This document shows, one piece after another, positions 27,101-39,736 of a stretch of 64,000 nt of DNA. This stretch comes from Octopus vulgaris (Eukaryota): the NCBI GenBank assembly GCA_951406725.2, contig OX597818.1, positions 26,598,001 through 26,662,000 of the forward strand. Direction: 5' to 3'. The notes under the pieces were generated by a model, which did not search any database, had not been told where the DNA came from, and saw only the letters and a list, made by a program, of their open reading frames with translations. The position numbers and the translations under genes are program-made. Every line of letters starts with the position of its first letter. The first letter of the stretch is position 1.

Positions 27101-27545
27101 GGCATGTCGAAACTCTGCTTGTGAAGACCCGTTGAGGCAAGTGAGGATCAGAATCGAAATCGATCAATGGAAATCGATCAATGGAAATTGCAGATGTGTT
27201 ACCAGTGCCGGTGGCATGTAAGAGAACCTTCCGTTTCGCGACCGTTGCCAGCACCGCCCCGTTTCGTGTTCGTTGCCAGCCTCGCCTGGCCCTCGTGCCG
27301 GTGGCACATAAAAAACACCATCCGTTCGTGGCCGTTTGCCAGCTCTGGCTGGCACCAGTGCGGGTGGCACGTAAAAAGCACCCACTACACTCACGGAGTG
27401 GTTGGCGTTAGGAAGGGCATCCAGCCGTAGAAACATTGCCAGATTTGACTGGGCCTGATGAAGCCTTCTGGCTTCACAGACCCCAGCAGAACCGTCCAAC
27501 CCATGCTAGCATGGAAAACGGACGCTAAATGATGATGATGATGAT
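24141..27545 (+). mobile_element. Young 5'-truncated RTE LINE with 3' UTR and (GAT)n tail
   Basis: Starts abruptly mid-endonuclease at a (TA)n tract. The 3' UTR has a ~98-bp tandem duplication (~27012-27220) and ends in GATGATGATGATGA. Confidence 0.92.
24186..26939 (+). CDS. RTE-clade non-LTR retrotransposon ORF (partial AP endonuclease, reverse transcriptase, PHD-like finger); frame is open from 24141
   Basis: 917-aa uninterrupted ORF. APE motifs AYAPQ, GDFNGH, IDYIL, QHRLV. RT motifs KAPGPSG, NYRGIKLL, QFGF, FVDMEKAFD, GVHQGSVLSP, YADD. RTE-type C-terminus RLRWYGHV and GRPRKTW. Confidence 0.95.
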   Translation: MLHHSLATIISAYAPQSGLPDGQKDRFYDTLLQTTSLTNDRDLIFVAGDFNGHVGRHAGGFHGVHGGYGYGSRNEEGTRLLEFCDANNLMICNTNFRKPTSHLVTYQSGQHTSQIDYILTRQRERWLLINAKTFPGEECTPQHRLVVSDFRIRTRRTTRRRQIWRRRIWKLKDPANGQRFRDILLEASDEVEGDRASQGVEDSWTFLRDNLLRATDQICGWCKVPSRPRITWWWNNIVDRAIREKRQAWKVWKNGGSRELYQTAKREARRQVYLARGEADKKKFANVLRREDQRLEVFRVARQCVRENRDVVGEKCVRMEDGSLALNEDAKREVWRCHYERLLNEENEWDKESLPNVDPTEGPAIRVDSSVVAKAIRSMKTGKAPGPSGITAEMLKMSGSVGYSLVTHIVNQVIHKGVIPNDWCSSIIVNCYKGKGDALDTNNYRGIKLLDQVMKVTERVIAQLIRERVSLDEMQFGFVPGKSTTDAIFLVRQLQEKYLAKDKPLYLAFVDMEKAFDRVPRSLIWWAMRKLGIDEWLVRAVRAMYRDAASRVRVGNEYSEEFRVEVGVHQGSVLSPLLFIIVLQAITEEFKTGCPWELLYADDLALIAESLSELEEKFQVWKQGLESKGLRVNLAKTKVVISRKVDKSQTPSGRWPCSICRKGVGRNSIRCTKCKLWTHKRCSNVKGRLTRKMVFVCGRCSGTINTENALRPTSVTFQGEKLEIVDSFRYLGDQVSSGGGCAESVTARVRIAWAKFRELLPLLVTKGLSHRVKGRLYDACVRTAMLHGSETWAVTAEDMRKLARNEASMLRWMCNASTHTRQSVSTLREKLDLRSISCGVQERRLRWYGHVARMDEDSCVKKCHTLAVEGTCGRGRPRKTWDEVVKHDLRTLGLTEEMTRDRDLWKCAVREKTRQDK

Positions 27546-27685
27546 ATATTGTTTGATTTGCCTAATAGTGGTTTTATCTCTAATTTAATATAATATAATA
27601 TATTTATACTATAAAATTGGATTTAATCCTAAATCTGATTTTTCCCTGTAAGTTTGGATTTATTCCCTAATATTTTATTATTAAA

Positions 27686-27740
<55 letters not shown>

Positions 27741-28059
27741 GAGAGAGAAAGAGAAACAACTTGTTTTAAATCTCTGAGTGAGAGATATACATTAACAGTA
27801 CCGGATAGTAATGTTTATATGCCAACAGAATGTGGTAGTCTTATATAGAATGATGTTACTGTTGTTTTATATATGAAATTTTGAATTTAGTTCACAGACT
27901 CCCAGTACTACCTTTGCATACCACCAGGGGTCTGCAGACCCCAGGTTAGGAACCACTGTTCTACATAATCTCTCAACCTGTATTAAATAGAGCCAAATCT
28001 CACTTGACCTATACTTTACTGCCTTATAAAAGGTCATACACATTAGTGAATGTAACCAC

Positions 28060-28530
28060 AGGTGCAGATGTGGCTGTGTGGTAAGAAGTTTGCTTCCCAA
28101 CCATATGATTCTGGGTTCATTCACCCTCAATGTGTGGCACCTTGGTCATGTGTCTTCTATATCCCCAGGTTGACCAAAGCCTTGTGAGTGGATTTGGTAG
28201 ACAGAAACTGAAATAAGCCCATTGTGTGTGTGCATGTGTGTGTGTGCATGTGTGTGTGTGTATTTGTGTGTGTGTGTGTGTGCATGTGTGTGTGTGTGTA
28301 TTTGTGTGTGTGTGTGTATGTGTTGTGTTTGTCCCCCACTATCACTTGACAACTGGCGTTGATTTGTTTACATTTCCATAACTTAGGGGTTGGGCAAAAA
28401 GAGACTGATAAAATAAACACCAGGTTTTAAAAAATAAGTACTGTGATCGATTTGTTCAACTAAATCCTTCAAGGTGGTGCCTCAGCATAGCCCCAGTCTA
28501 ATGACTGAAACAAGTAAAAGATAAAAGATA
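28060..28530 (+). mobile_element. Dominant-family SINE, full length
   Basis: Head, microsatellite and tail homologous to 79-470. Confidence 0.88.
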
Positions 28531-28911
28531 GATACACTAAATCTGAAGAAGAGATGAAGTGGTCATGGCTGGAATATCTTGCTCATAGATCTACTTGATC
28601 ATAGCTGACTAAGAGCTAAACATCAACACCAACAACAGCATTAAGTCCTTCATGAACTATGTTTTGGTATCATCATTGTGGTTCTCTCAACAGACTATGC
28701 TTATTGTGGCTGTTTTAATTTCCAGTCAAAATCATCTCAACTTGGTTATACCTACAATATGTTGGAGGTGGGGGATGCCAAAACTTACATTCCTTTTCTC
28801 AAATGATTATATATTCTTTCAGTTTTAATTTGTACCCATTGGTCCTGTGGTGCAAACTTCCTGTTTTAAAGTGATCCTAAATTAAACCCTTCCATCAACT
28901 TATGTTCCATA

Positions 28912-29256
28912 TATAATGGAAGGCAAGGTTTATGATATTGGAAGAATATTGTCTTCCTCCATCGTCTTTTTGTTCTTCATGTAGTTCAGGCTTTCGGCAG
29001 ACGAAGAGAGAAGTCTTCAAATACAAATGCTATTTACAACTGGTTTATTTACAGGATTCACAGGATAGGTGAAGTGTGCTGCTCTCAGCTACCTTCTAAG
29101 CTGTGTGCGTTGTGTAGTAGCTCCATTAGTGTGGACGCATTGATCTAAATCACACATGGCAAATGGATGCAGGTGAGGTCTCGCTATAGTTTCAGAGATG
29201 GCAATGGCTTCTGCGAGATCTCATCCAATATGGCACTAGCTGCTTGTGCCGCTACA
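28912..29256 (-). mobile_element. Solo LTR (345 bp) with 4-bp TSD
   Basis: The minus strand reads TGTAGC...AATAAA...CATTATA. Flanked by CATA at 28908-28911 and 29257-29260. It interrupts an AT-rich MITE-like repeat. Confidence 0.65.
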
Positions 29257-31269
29257 CATACATAAGCTCAATAATGAAATTTTACTAAATTCTTCATCAT
29301 TTTCAAAATTAATTGAAACAAAAGCAACATATTTCAACAGGAATACAGTAACAAAAAGATTAAAGTCTTAAATTATAGAGGTCACATGCCTAGCAGAGAT
29401 TTATTTGGGGCAGAATTTTACGGATGGATTCTATTCTTGTCACCAACCCATACATATTTTTCAATTGAGGGATATCTTTATTCTATAGGTCTTCAAAAGT
29501 ACACAGCAACCAGTCATAATGTCAGTAACAAATGTCATCATCAACACTATTTCACCCAAGTGATGACAAGCATGGAACTTATAGACACTGGTGCACATTT
29601 GCATGCACAAATGCACACATGCATGCATACACATACACATATACAAAACAAAGTTCCTGCTGTTTCTGTCAACAAAATTCCTTAACATGGCATTGGTCAT
29701 CTGAGAACTATTAGTAGAAGACATCCAAGTTGCTGCTCTGTGGGACTGAACCTAAAATCATGTGGTTGCAAGATGGACTATTTAATTACATGGCTATACC
29801 TCCATCTATAACCATGCCTGTGTGACTATGGTTTGAATATTGTTTTATTATAGGTCTGCTTGATCTGGACCAACTTGGATCTAAGCGACAACAAGATACA
29901 AGTTATACAAAATTCTTTGCACACTTTAGCTGCTGCAGCTCTCTTGTGAAAGCTGTGTAACAAACACTAGCAGTGAATTCAGTAAGTCTAAAATAAAGGC
30001 CTACTTTTAGTTCCTACAGACACGTGAAAGCTTTGCCAAATAAACAAGGAATCAGTGATATCTTACAAATTTTACCAGTGTCAGCAATAACTGTAAACAT
30101 AACATATGCAACATTTTAATCACTATCTCTAGCCTGAATTTTTATAAATACAGGCTTGAGATAGTGATTAAAATGTTTTTTTGTTTTTTTTCTTTTTCTT
30201 TCTTTTTGTTTCAGTTTCTTAAAAATTATTTTGAAGTTTACTAGAATATATCTTAAAAGATATTCCATTTACTTTTCAGTGCTAAGTCAAATTCAAAGTG
30301 TTTATAGCATTCTTTAAAACACCTAACTTAATCTTCTCTCATGGAATACTTATTCAACACTTAAAATGATTTATTTGCAGTTTGTGCTTTGGAATATTTT
30401 ATATGCCTTACTTATTTGATTATTTTGTTGTTAATGCTGCCTCACTGGTTTCTTATAATAAATCTTGGGTAATGGCTAAGTTTCCAGAATATATAGATAT
30501 TTTTACATACAGTTTTAATTGTATTTCATGTGTTTTTGTTTGCGAGTATTATTATTTTCTTTCTTTCCATTATTGATAACATTGTTCAAAAAATATAGCA
30601 CCTTTCTTAAATATCCAGTTTTTAGTGTTCTTGAATAAGGAATTTTGTAAATAATGTCACACTGAAGAAAGAGAATTGCAGCTAACCAAGTTTGTTGTGT
30701 ATCTAGCTACAGTTTGAAGGAACATCCCATCATATCCTAGCAACACAGCTATCTCTGTGACATAGACCCTTAAGTTTTAATGACCCTATTCACTTAGTAG
30801 TATACAGGGACTACTGCTGTAAATAAGTAGCATGGGAAAGTACAACTTGCTACTGTAGTTTGTTGTAACCACAATTCCAAGGTGCTGGTATCTAACTACT
30901 GATGTACTTCGCACTTGAGAAATTAGTTGTCACCTATCAAAGTCATTTCATCCACATTTTGTATTGAATAGCAGCCATGCTTGTACATGAAACTCACAGG
31001 ATCTCACATAAATCTACTGTTAATAAACAATATAAGTGCAGGCATGGCCATGTGGTAAGAAATTTGCTTCCTAACCACATGGTTCCAGGTTAAGTCTCAT
31101 TGCATTGGACAAGTGTCTTCTACTATAGCCCTGGCTTGATCCAAACTGTGATGTGGATTTGATAGATGGAAACTGAAAGGCAATGACAAAAGACTGAGAC
31201 CTCTGGAGATATGCTGTGACTGCGAAGACCTGACAAATAATGTGAATTCATGGCTGTTTCCTGCACCAG

Positions 31270-31752
31270 CTTTACATAGCAGCCCCAGCCCATCCAAAGC
31301 ACCTTGGATTGCAGGATGGCCTGCTGTGCTTACCTTGGATCATAGGGCAACCTGCTGTGCTTGAAGAGACCTATTGAGTCAAGTACATCAACATCAAAAT
31401 AAAAATTAAATGGAAATTGTAGTTGTGATACCCGTGCCGGTGGCACGTAAAAAGCACCATCTGAATGCTGCTGATGCCAGCGCCGCCTTGACTGGCTTCC
31501 GTGCCTGTGACACATAAAAAGCACCAACCGATTGTGGCTGTTGCTAGCCTCCCCTGGCACCTGTGCTGGTGGCATGTAAAAAGCACCCACTACACTCACA
31601 GAGTGGTTGGTGTTAGGAAGGGCATCCAGCTGTAGAAACACTGCCAGATCAGAATGGAGCCTGGTGCAGCCTCCTGGCTTCCCAGACTCCGGTCAAACCA
31701 TCTAACCCATGCTAGCATGGAAAACGGATGTTAAACGATGATAATGATGATG
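31270..31752 (+). mobile_element. RTE 3'-UTR/tail copy; inverted relatives at 23896-24100, 35460-35630 and 35713-36155
   Basis: Homologous to 27180-27545 (AAAAGCACCCACTACACTCAC...AGGAAGGGCATCCAGC...GATGAT). Confidence 0.85.
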
Positions 31753-31853
31753 ATATATATATATAATAAATGAATTGCTGAAGTAAGAGAACTGGCATGT
31801 CCAAAAATCTTCAGTTTTCATAAAAAATTTAAATGCATGTTGGTTTCAGGAGC

Positions 31854-32073
31854 TTAGCATTTAAACCAACCATATCCGGCCTAAATATTCAACCAGTTTT
31901 ATGTTAAAACTGGGCAGATCTGGCCTCCCATGCCTATCCTACAATATCTTTCTAAAACTAAGCAATCATATCATGAAAATTTCTTAGCTACAAGGTAACA
32001 CATGATTAATTCAAAACAGTGTGAATAAATAAACATTACATTTGAGAAAATAATGTGATGGCTAAAGGGTTAA
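31854..32073. mobile_element. piggyBac-like MITE with damaged left end
   Basis: TTAGCATTTAAACC...GCTAAAGGGTTAA, same internal sequence as the 49.8 and 53.5 kb copies. Confidence 0.7.
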
Positions 32074-32669
32074 ACTGTAACCTACCTGTTCCCACCCCAC
32101 CATTGCAAATTAGGATGTGGTGATATAAAAGCATTTCAATCATGTGTGTCTTTTCAATTACTTGTCATTTCTGGTCCCAGAGGGGTTGCTAATGCTTTAG
32201 GCACAGCTCCTTCCTCCTGACTAAACAAAAAAAATAAAATAAAATAAAAATTACTTTCAATGACTTTTCCAAATTTTTTTTTAAATCACAAATCTAAATA
32301 CATTAGTAAATTATTTACATTATTTAATCAAAAATTGTATAAAAATAAAAGTTACTACAAGCCCATCCATACTGCTGCAACTGTTTCGCTAGTTATCCAA
32401 ATTTACTGAAACTTCACTCCACAGTGCATGTGTAGCCAACACGCACATTTAATGTAATTTTTTTCAGAAACAGAAATCTTTAGTCATCTTTCCATTTCTC
32501 ATTTTTCTTCCTTAAATTATGAAAATATTTAGAGTAACACTGTATTAACAATAAAAGATTGGAAAAATGTTTGAAATCTACAAAATTACTTTTTAATTAT
32601 ATACTCAATATATTTTCTATCATCAGCTTTCAAATTTAACTTACATGCTTCTTTTCTTTTTCTTTTTAG

Positions 32670-32700
32670 GGTTTTTAAGAAAAGCAGTCCCAATGGACAG
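32670..32700 (+). CDS. ARRB1: Beta-arrestin-like gene, internal coding exon (equivalent to ARRB1 exon 2), encodes (R)VFKKSSPNGQ
   Basis: Polypyrimidine tract and TTTTTAG| acceptor, GTATGT donor at 32701. The 31-nt exon translates to the arrestin N-terminal motif RVFKKxSPNG. Length and phase match the conserved beta-arrestin gene structure as I recall it. Confidence 0.93.
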
Positions 32701-33156
32701 GTATGTATTTATGTATTAAACACTTTGTACTTTTTGTCACTCGTTACATTATGAACGATGGATTTTCAGTTCTAGAAGGAAGCAAACTATTCCTTGTTGT
32801 TGTACTACTACTACTGCTGCAGCTAATGATGATGATAATAATAATAATAATAATAATAATAATATTGTTATATTTCGGAAGCTTTGGGGGAAGGGTCTAA
32901 TCGATTATGTCAACCCCAGTGCATAACTGGTACTTATTTCATTGACCCTGTAAGGATGAAAGGCAAAGTCAACCTCAGTGGAATTTGAAATTAGAGTGAC
33001 GGGCGAAATACCGCGAAGCATTTCGTCCAGCACGCTAAAGATTCTGCCAGCTCGCCACCTTAATAATAATAATAATGACGATGATGATGGACTCACCTGT
33101 CAGAGACAATGTGAGTGTTCAGCTGTTTGCCAAATGACCTACTACTACTACTAATA

Positions 33157-33192
<36 letters not shown>

Positions 33193-33199
33193 CTAATGG

Positions 33200-33486
33200 A
33201 TTCTCTCCTGTGAAAGACAACATATGAGTGTTCAGCTTTTGTTGAATGGCCTGCACAAATGATTTGTTTATAGTAATCAAATGTATGTGTTATACATTAG
33301 CTCACTCTCTCCATCAAATTGATGTTGCCTGAACAGGTGCACAGTCTATCATGCATCAGGAGTCAAAGTGATTGCAGAGCAACATGAGATGAAGTGCTTT
33401 GCTCAAGAACACCATGCACCACCTGGTCTAGGAACTGAAACCATGATCTTGCAATCATGAGTACAACACCCTAACCACTAGGCCAT
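33200..33486 (-). mobile_element. Fourth tRNA-derived SINE family
   Basis: Minus-strand TGGCCTAGTGGTTAGGGTG A box, GGTTTCAGTTCC B-box-like, TCTTGAGCAAAGCACTT core-like motif, (ATT)n tail. Confidence 0.65.
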
Positions 33487-35360
33487 ACTGCTGGAGCTTG
33501 TGAAATCAAGAGCTCTGAGAAGTGAAATGAACATAATAATAATAATAACCCTTTCTACTGAAGGCTTAAGGCCAGAAATTTGTGGGAAGGTGACTAATAG
33601 AATACATAGACCCTAGTGTTTCACTGGTACTTAATCTATTGATCACAAAAGGATAAAAGGAAAATTCGACCTCAGCAGAATTTGAACTTAGAACAAAGCG
33701 ACAGGTAAAATACCACTGAGCATTTTGTCCAGCGTGCTAATAATTCTGCCAGCTCACCACCTTACTACTACTAATAATAATAATCCTTTCTACTGAAGGC
33801 AGAAGGCCTGACATTTTGTGGGAGGGGACTAGCTGATTATGTAGACTGCAGTGTTTTACTGGTACTTAATTTATCAACTCCAAAAGCATGAAAGTCAAAG
33901 TTGACCTTGGTGGAATTTGAACTCAGAACGTCATTTGGCACACACAGCAATAGAAGAATATAGCCAACTTTATCATTGTGTATGTTGTATTGTGTAGACT
34001 GGGTTACTACCAGCACTAGAGAAGTTATCTGTGAAAAGACTGGCTTGGTTCTTTGAGTTAGGCTCATAGTTAGGTAGCCTTTGATACAGCTTGTGGAGTC
34101 AGTATCATATTTGTACATTCCATTTGTGACATATTTCTACATACAGCTAGATGAGCTTACTATCACCAACTACTTTAAAGCATGTTACTGGGGACATTTT
34201 ATCATGCTAAAGAGGTTATCTGCAACAGAACTAAAAAGACTTTCTACATCGTGTTAGTTCTTTATTGGAACTATGGCTCTCCAAGATGAGTAGTTCGTGA
34301 TATGCTTTCCACAGGCCATGTTTCATTTGCATGTTCTATTTTTGGCATGGTTTCTATGACCTGATATAATTTTATCATTTTATCATGCCAACCAACACTA
34401 TGAAGTCTGTCTACAGTCCTCTGTATCCTCTATCAGGTCTTAGTTACTTCCTGCCTCATAGGCAAGTAGCCTGTGTGCTCTATTTGGGTCTCTTCTTTGG
34501 CTAAGCTTTAACAATATTTCTTAAAGAGTCCATTACTATAAGTCTGAATTTGAGTGAGCTAATTTAACCAAATACTTCAGCTACTATGCTGTAAACTTGT
34601 CTTGTTTGTCCATCAGTCCTATATAGTTTTTAATGATATATTGAGACTGCATTTGTTTTGCTTATCTCATTAAGCATCATATTTCTGTATTGAATTTCAT
34701 GAATCTGTAACATGAATGTTTGTTGTAAATTCGATACAAGAGCATCTATCTTAGTATGGTTCTTGTTGCTAACAGTATTAAGTAAAAACAAAAACAATTT
34801 TTTTTTTAAATACTGTTTCACCTTCGGGCATGTTCTTGAGATATATGCTATACTTTTAATTATAATTATATAGTTTTAGAAATAAAATTTATTGAAACTA
34901 CAAATCTTTGAAAACATTTTTTAATATCTAAGATAAAAGAAGAAAGTAATAATAAGCAAAAGTAAAGTTCAGTAAAAATATAATTTACGAGATAAAATGT
35001 TGAGGTGCTAGAGAATTTTACTGCCAACATATATGGTTAGTTAATTAGACATGAGATCTTTTTTCAAGGAAAGTTGCGTTAAGCATCTACCTAGCAACTT
35101 CATCATTTTAACATCTGTTTTCCATGCTGGTTTATATTGGATATGTCTACTACAAAGTATTTGGTCAATAATTTCAGTGCTTTGGCATCTCTTCTGGAAA
35201 ACTCAACATTCTGAAGTTTCATTTCACCCCTCCTTCCTGGTTCTTCCTTATTGTCCCTCTTTACAAGTATCATCCACATGGCATTTTTCACCCAGAACAT
35301 GTTCAAACCATTATTGTCATCCTTTCTACATTCTTTGGCTGATGTTTCTAGTAGTCAACT

Positions 35361-35434
<74 letters not shown>

Positions 35435-37113
35435 TATGTGTGTGTGTGTATGCATGTCATCCACATCATCATTTAATCCATTGTCCATGCTGGCATGGGT
35501 TGAACGATTTGACCAGGGCTGGTAAGCTGAGGGGCTGCACCAGACTCTTGTCTGATTTGGCATGGTTTTCTCAGCTGGATGCCCTTCCTAATGCCAACCA
35601 AGAATGTAATGGGTGCTTTTACGTGTCACTGACACAGATGTCAATTTTCATGACATCAATATTTGTCACAACTATGATTTCACATGGCTTGATGGGTCTT
35701 CTTCTCAAGCACGTCATCATCATTATCGTTTAATGTCCACTTTCCATGCTGGCATGGGTTAGACTGTTTGACTGTGGACTGATGAGCCAGAAGGCTCAAC
35801 CTGATCTGGCAAAGTTTCTACAGCTGGATGCCTTTCCTAACACCAACCATTCTGAGAGTGTAGTGGGTGCTTTTACATGCCACCAGCCTGAGGGCCAGTC
35901 AGGCGGTTCTGGCAACGACCACGCTCAAAAGGTGTTTTTTACGTATTACCTGCATGGAAGCCAGTCTGGCGGCACTGGCAACGACCACACTCAAATGCTG
36001 TTTTTCATGTGCTGGTAAGGCGATGCTGGCAATGATCACACTCGAATGCTACTTTTTACATGCCACCAGCACAGGATCCAATCAGTGGCCCTGGCAACGC
36101 TCATGCTCAGATGTGCTTTTGACATTCCACTGGCACGAGTGCCAGTCAGGCGGTCTTAATAAGTAGTCTAATGAATAATATAAACAATATAAATATTATG
36201 TCCATAACAGATTATATCATTCCATAGGTTATAAGTCATTAGTCTTGATAATACAAATGCTATGTATATGATAGATTATGTCTTCAGTTTTGTCCCATAA
36301 TTAAATATTAACCTTGGTTGTGTCCAACACCCCTGGGCTCCACATTAATCACTATTGCCAGTCCCTTCACAAAACATCAACCTTCTCTGTTCATGTTTTT
36401 CCCCTTAGGAAAAGTGGAACATTAATGGCGTCAATCCCACCAGTCTAGAAGGGTTTGTAAGATCATAGGGACTGCCCCTTCCTTCAAATCCAGTAAGTTT
36501 AGAAGAAGAAAACCATACACAGGGCACAGAAGAACAGTATTATATATTAGACTAAAACAGATTGGATACAAAAGAAGTCTTCTTGATTCATTGCAGTCTT
36601 TAGTTTCATCTCTCTCAGTATTAAGTTTAAATTCTGTTGGAAAGAGTTAGTGAAAAAATGCTCTTTGTTATATAAGCTAGAGTTAGTTCTGATTGAGCAG
36701 TGTCCAGCTATGAACACCCTACCCTCATTTCAGACATTGTGTAATTTCCTTATTTTTTATGATGGTAGGATGTGATTTTGGAGAGATTTGGTTGCTATTT
36801 CTAGCTGATTGAACATCCACATAGAAGACCTCATTAGTTCAATACTCCCTGGGCTTTACCTCCTCACTTCAGTCTGCTGCTTCTTCTTATCATTATCATC
36901 ATCATCAAGATGGCTAGCTGGTAGAATTGTTAGCACACTGGTTGAAATGCTTAGTAGCATTTGGCCATTTTTATGTTCTGGGTTCAAATTCCGCCTAAGT
37001 TGACTTTGCCTTTCATCCTTATAATAAGTATCAGTTGAGTATTGGGAGCAATGTAATTGACATAACCCCTCCTTTGAAATTACTGGTCTTGTGCCAAAAT
37101 TTGAAATCATCAC

Positions 37114-37146
<33 letters not shown>

Positions 37147-38299
37147 CATTATTATTATTATTACTTGGCACACACACACACACACACGCATGCATGCACA
37201 CACACACACACACATACATGCATATATGATGGGTTTCATCACAGTATCCATCTACCAAATTCACTCACAAAGTATTGGTCAGCCTAGGAATATAGTAGAA
37301 CACTTGCCCAAGATGTGTGACACCTTGAACAAGTTTCAGGACTGAACCCTAGATCATATAGCTTCAAAATGTGCTTCTTAACCTCACAGCCATGGATTTT
37401 TTTGGTGTCATTTTCAACAGAAATTACAAGGCATAAACATATCTCTCAATGAATTATAACCTATATAAAAACAAACTGACAAAAATCAGTTTGATTCACA
37501 AGAGTTCATTTTATCAGCTCAGCTGAGTTTTATCAATGTTTTTTTTTTTTTTTTTTTGCCAATTATGCTACATCAGAACAACTCTGCTTTGAACTGAATT
37601 TTAAACTCATCTTGTGCTTAAAATTAATTTTTGTTTTTCTTTTTGTTGTTGATTCTCTTAGTTTTACTTCAATAAATGTCCTTGATACAAAATTTTTAAA
37701 AATCCTGAATGTCCTTGCAATTAACTTTGCAAGTTAAAATACTCACTTCCTTTAAAAAATTTTTAGAAATAAAAATTGCTTCAGTATCACAAGAAAATAC
37801 TATTTGATGGTGGTGGTGGTGTTGTTGTTGTTGGTGGTGGGGTGGTGGCTGCCACCTCCTTTTTGGGGAGGCAATACATTCTGTTACCTGGTTTAATATA
37901 AAACCTAGTCTGTGGGTCTCTTTACCCTCTTACAAATTTTCCAGCCTGGCTCCCAGCTTAGGGTTAGATATTGGGTTATCTTGGTCTCATGATACACCAA
38001 CGCCCTCTACATTAGATGCCAAAAACTAAAACTGAATCCACTGGAAAATTCTCCCTCATATACCCTGACATCTGTGGATTCTGTTCCAACCTAGAATCCA
38101 CGTATTACCTCTTACTAACATGAAAACCATATATTCCATTACTCTCCAAGACTAAAATCTCTTGTCACTTATAGTCCTTCTCTTCTATCCAGGCTACTAT
38201 CTGTACTCATAAGTGTCAATCTGAAAGGAGGTATCTATGCATATGAAGGTTTCATTCTCCATGCCTCATCTTTCTGGATATCAATAAAAAAGACTACAG

Positions 38300-39361
38300 T
38301 TCTCAATCCACTTCAGCTCTCAGCCAACTCTTATTCATTATAGTCCTCCAGAGCATAACAGAGGAATTCAAAACTGGATTCCCATGGGAACTACTTTAAG
38401 CTGATGACCTCACTCTTACTGCAGAATCTGTAGCAGAATTGGAGAAGGAATTCCAGGTATGGAAGCAAAACCTGAAATCAAAGGGCCTTAAAGTTAACCT
38501 GGTAAAGACCAAAGTTGTTGTTAGCAAGAAAGAAGATAAGACTCTCTTTCTGTCAGGTAAATGGCCCTGCTCAATATGTAGGAAAGGAGTTGGAAGTAAT
38601 TCCATTTTCACTGTACCCAGTGTAAGCTATAGACACATAAGAGGTGCAGTGGAATTACAAGTGGATTAACAGACAAAGTCGTCTTCATATGTGGCAGATG
38701 TGCAGGAATAATAAGCACTGAAAGCATATGGGACTTAGATTCTCTCAAATACCCAGAAGGCTCTCTTAAGGTTGTAGATAGTCTCTGTTATCTAGGTGAC
38801 CAAATTAGCAATGGTGAAGGTTGCTCTAAAAGTATTGTTTCTAGAATAAGAATAGGATGGAGAGTGTTCAGAGAGCTATTATCTCCGTTGGTAACAAAAG
38901 GACTCTCTCTCAGAGTGAAAGGTAGACTGTACGAGGCTTGTGTTGGAATGGCTATACTCCATGGTACTGAGACATGGGCTCTGAATGCAGAAGACATGCA
39001 TAGACTGGAGAGAAACAAATGTAGTATGCTCTGCTGGATGTGCAACATCAGTGTACATGTATGACAAAGTGCAAATGTGTTGAGGGAAAAGTTAGACATA
39101 AGAAGAATCAAATGCAGCATGCAAGAGAGAAGACTACGTTGGTTTGAGCATGTGATGCATGTGAATGAAGACAACTGTACAGAGAAGTGCTGGTCACTGA
39201 AAGTGGAGGGTACTCATGGCAGAGGGAGACCCAGGAAGATATGGGATGAAGTGATAAGGATCAATCTCAGGATGTTGGGCCTCACGGAGGAAATGACAAT
39301 GGACCAAGATATCTGGCAATATGAAGTTCTAGAGAAGACCCACCCATGTAAGCAAAACTGA
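38300..39361 (+). pseudogene. Decayed copy of a related RTE LINE (RT C-terminal half, PHD-like finger)
   Basis: Frameshifted fragments similar to the 24186 ORF: EFQVWKQNLKSKGLKVNL, WPCSICRKGVG, LHGTETWA, ERRLRWFEHV, GRPRKIW. A stop occupies the YADD position. Confidence 0.9.
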
Positions 39362-39736
39362 ATTCTAGAAGCTCTGTGTTCCACCCACATGTAATAAGAA
39401 AACTTTTCACACACCCTACTCCAATAAACCAAACTACATCTCTTCTCCACCTCACATCTCCTCTTTCATGCACTATGCTTATCTCTCACTCCCCAATCCT
39501 GTCCTCATAGCCCTATGCACTGTATCATTGCTATCCAGTAGCCCCCACTCTATATACCCAGGTTTTCACCACTCACTACATTCCACTCCGCCACTCACTA
39601 CTCACACTTCTTTGGCAATGCCCTGCCACTTATATTATGACCTCTGTACCTCAAGGGTATGCTCTGGCACTTGCCACCATCTAGCTCTCTCTTTTTTTAC
39701 TCGACCATCCTATTTCTGATCCCTGCTCCTTGTGAG

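Larger units (their letters stand above)
23778..27958. mobile_element. hAT/Charlie-type MITE split by the nested RTE LINE
   Basis: TIRs CAGTGGTTTCCGACC (23778) and GGTTAGGAACCACTG (27958). 8-bp flanking duplication TTCTACAC (23770-23777) / TTCTACAT (27959-27966). A second left end lies at 23811. Confidence 0.75.

Noticed and set aside
27455-27480. CTGATGAAGCC hairpin in the LINE tail
   Set aside because: No GAAA follows, and other tail copies read CTGGTGCAGCC.
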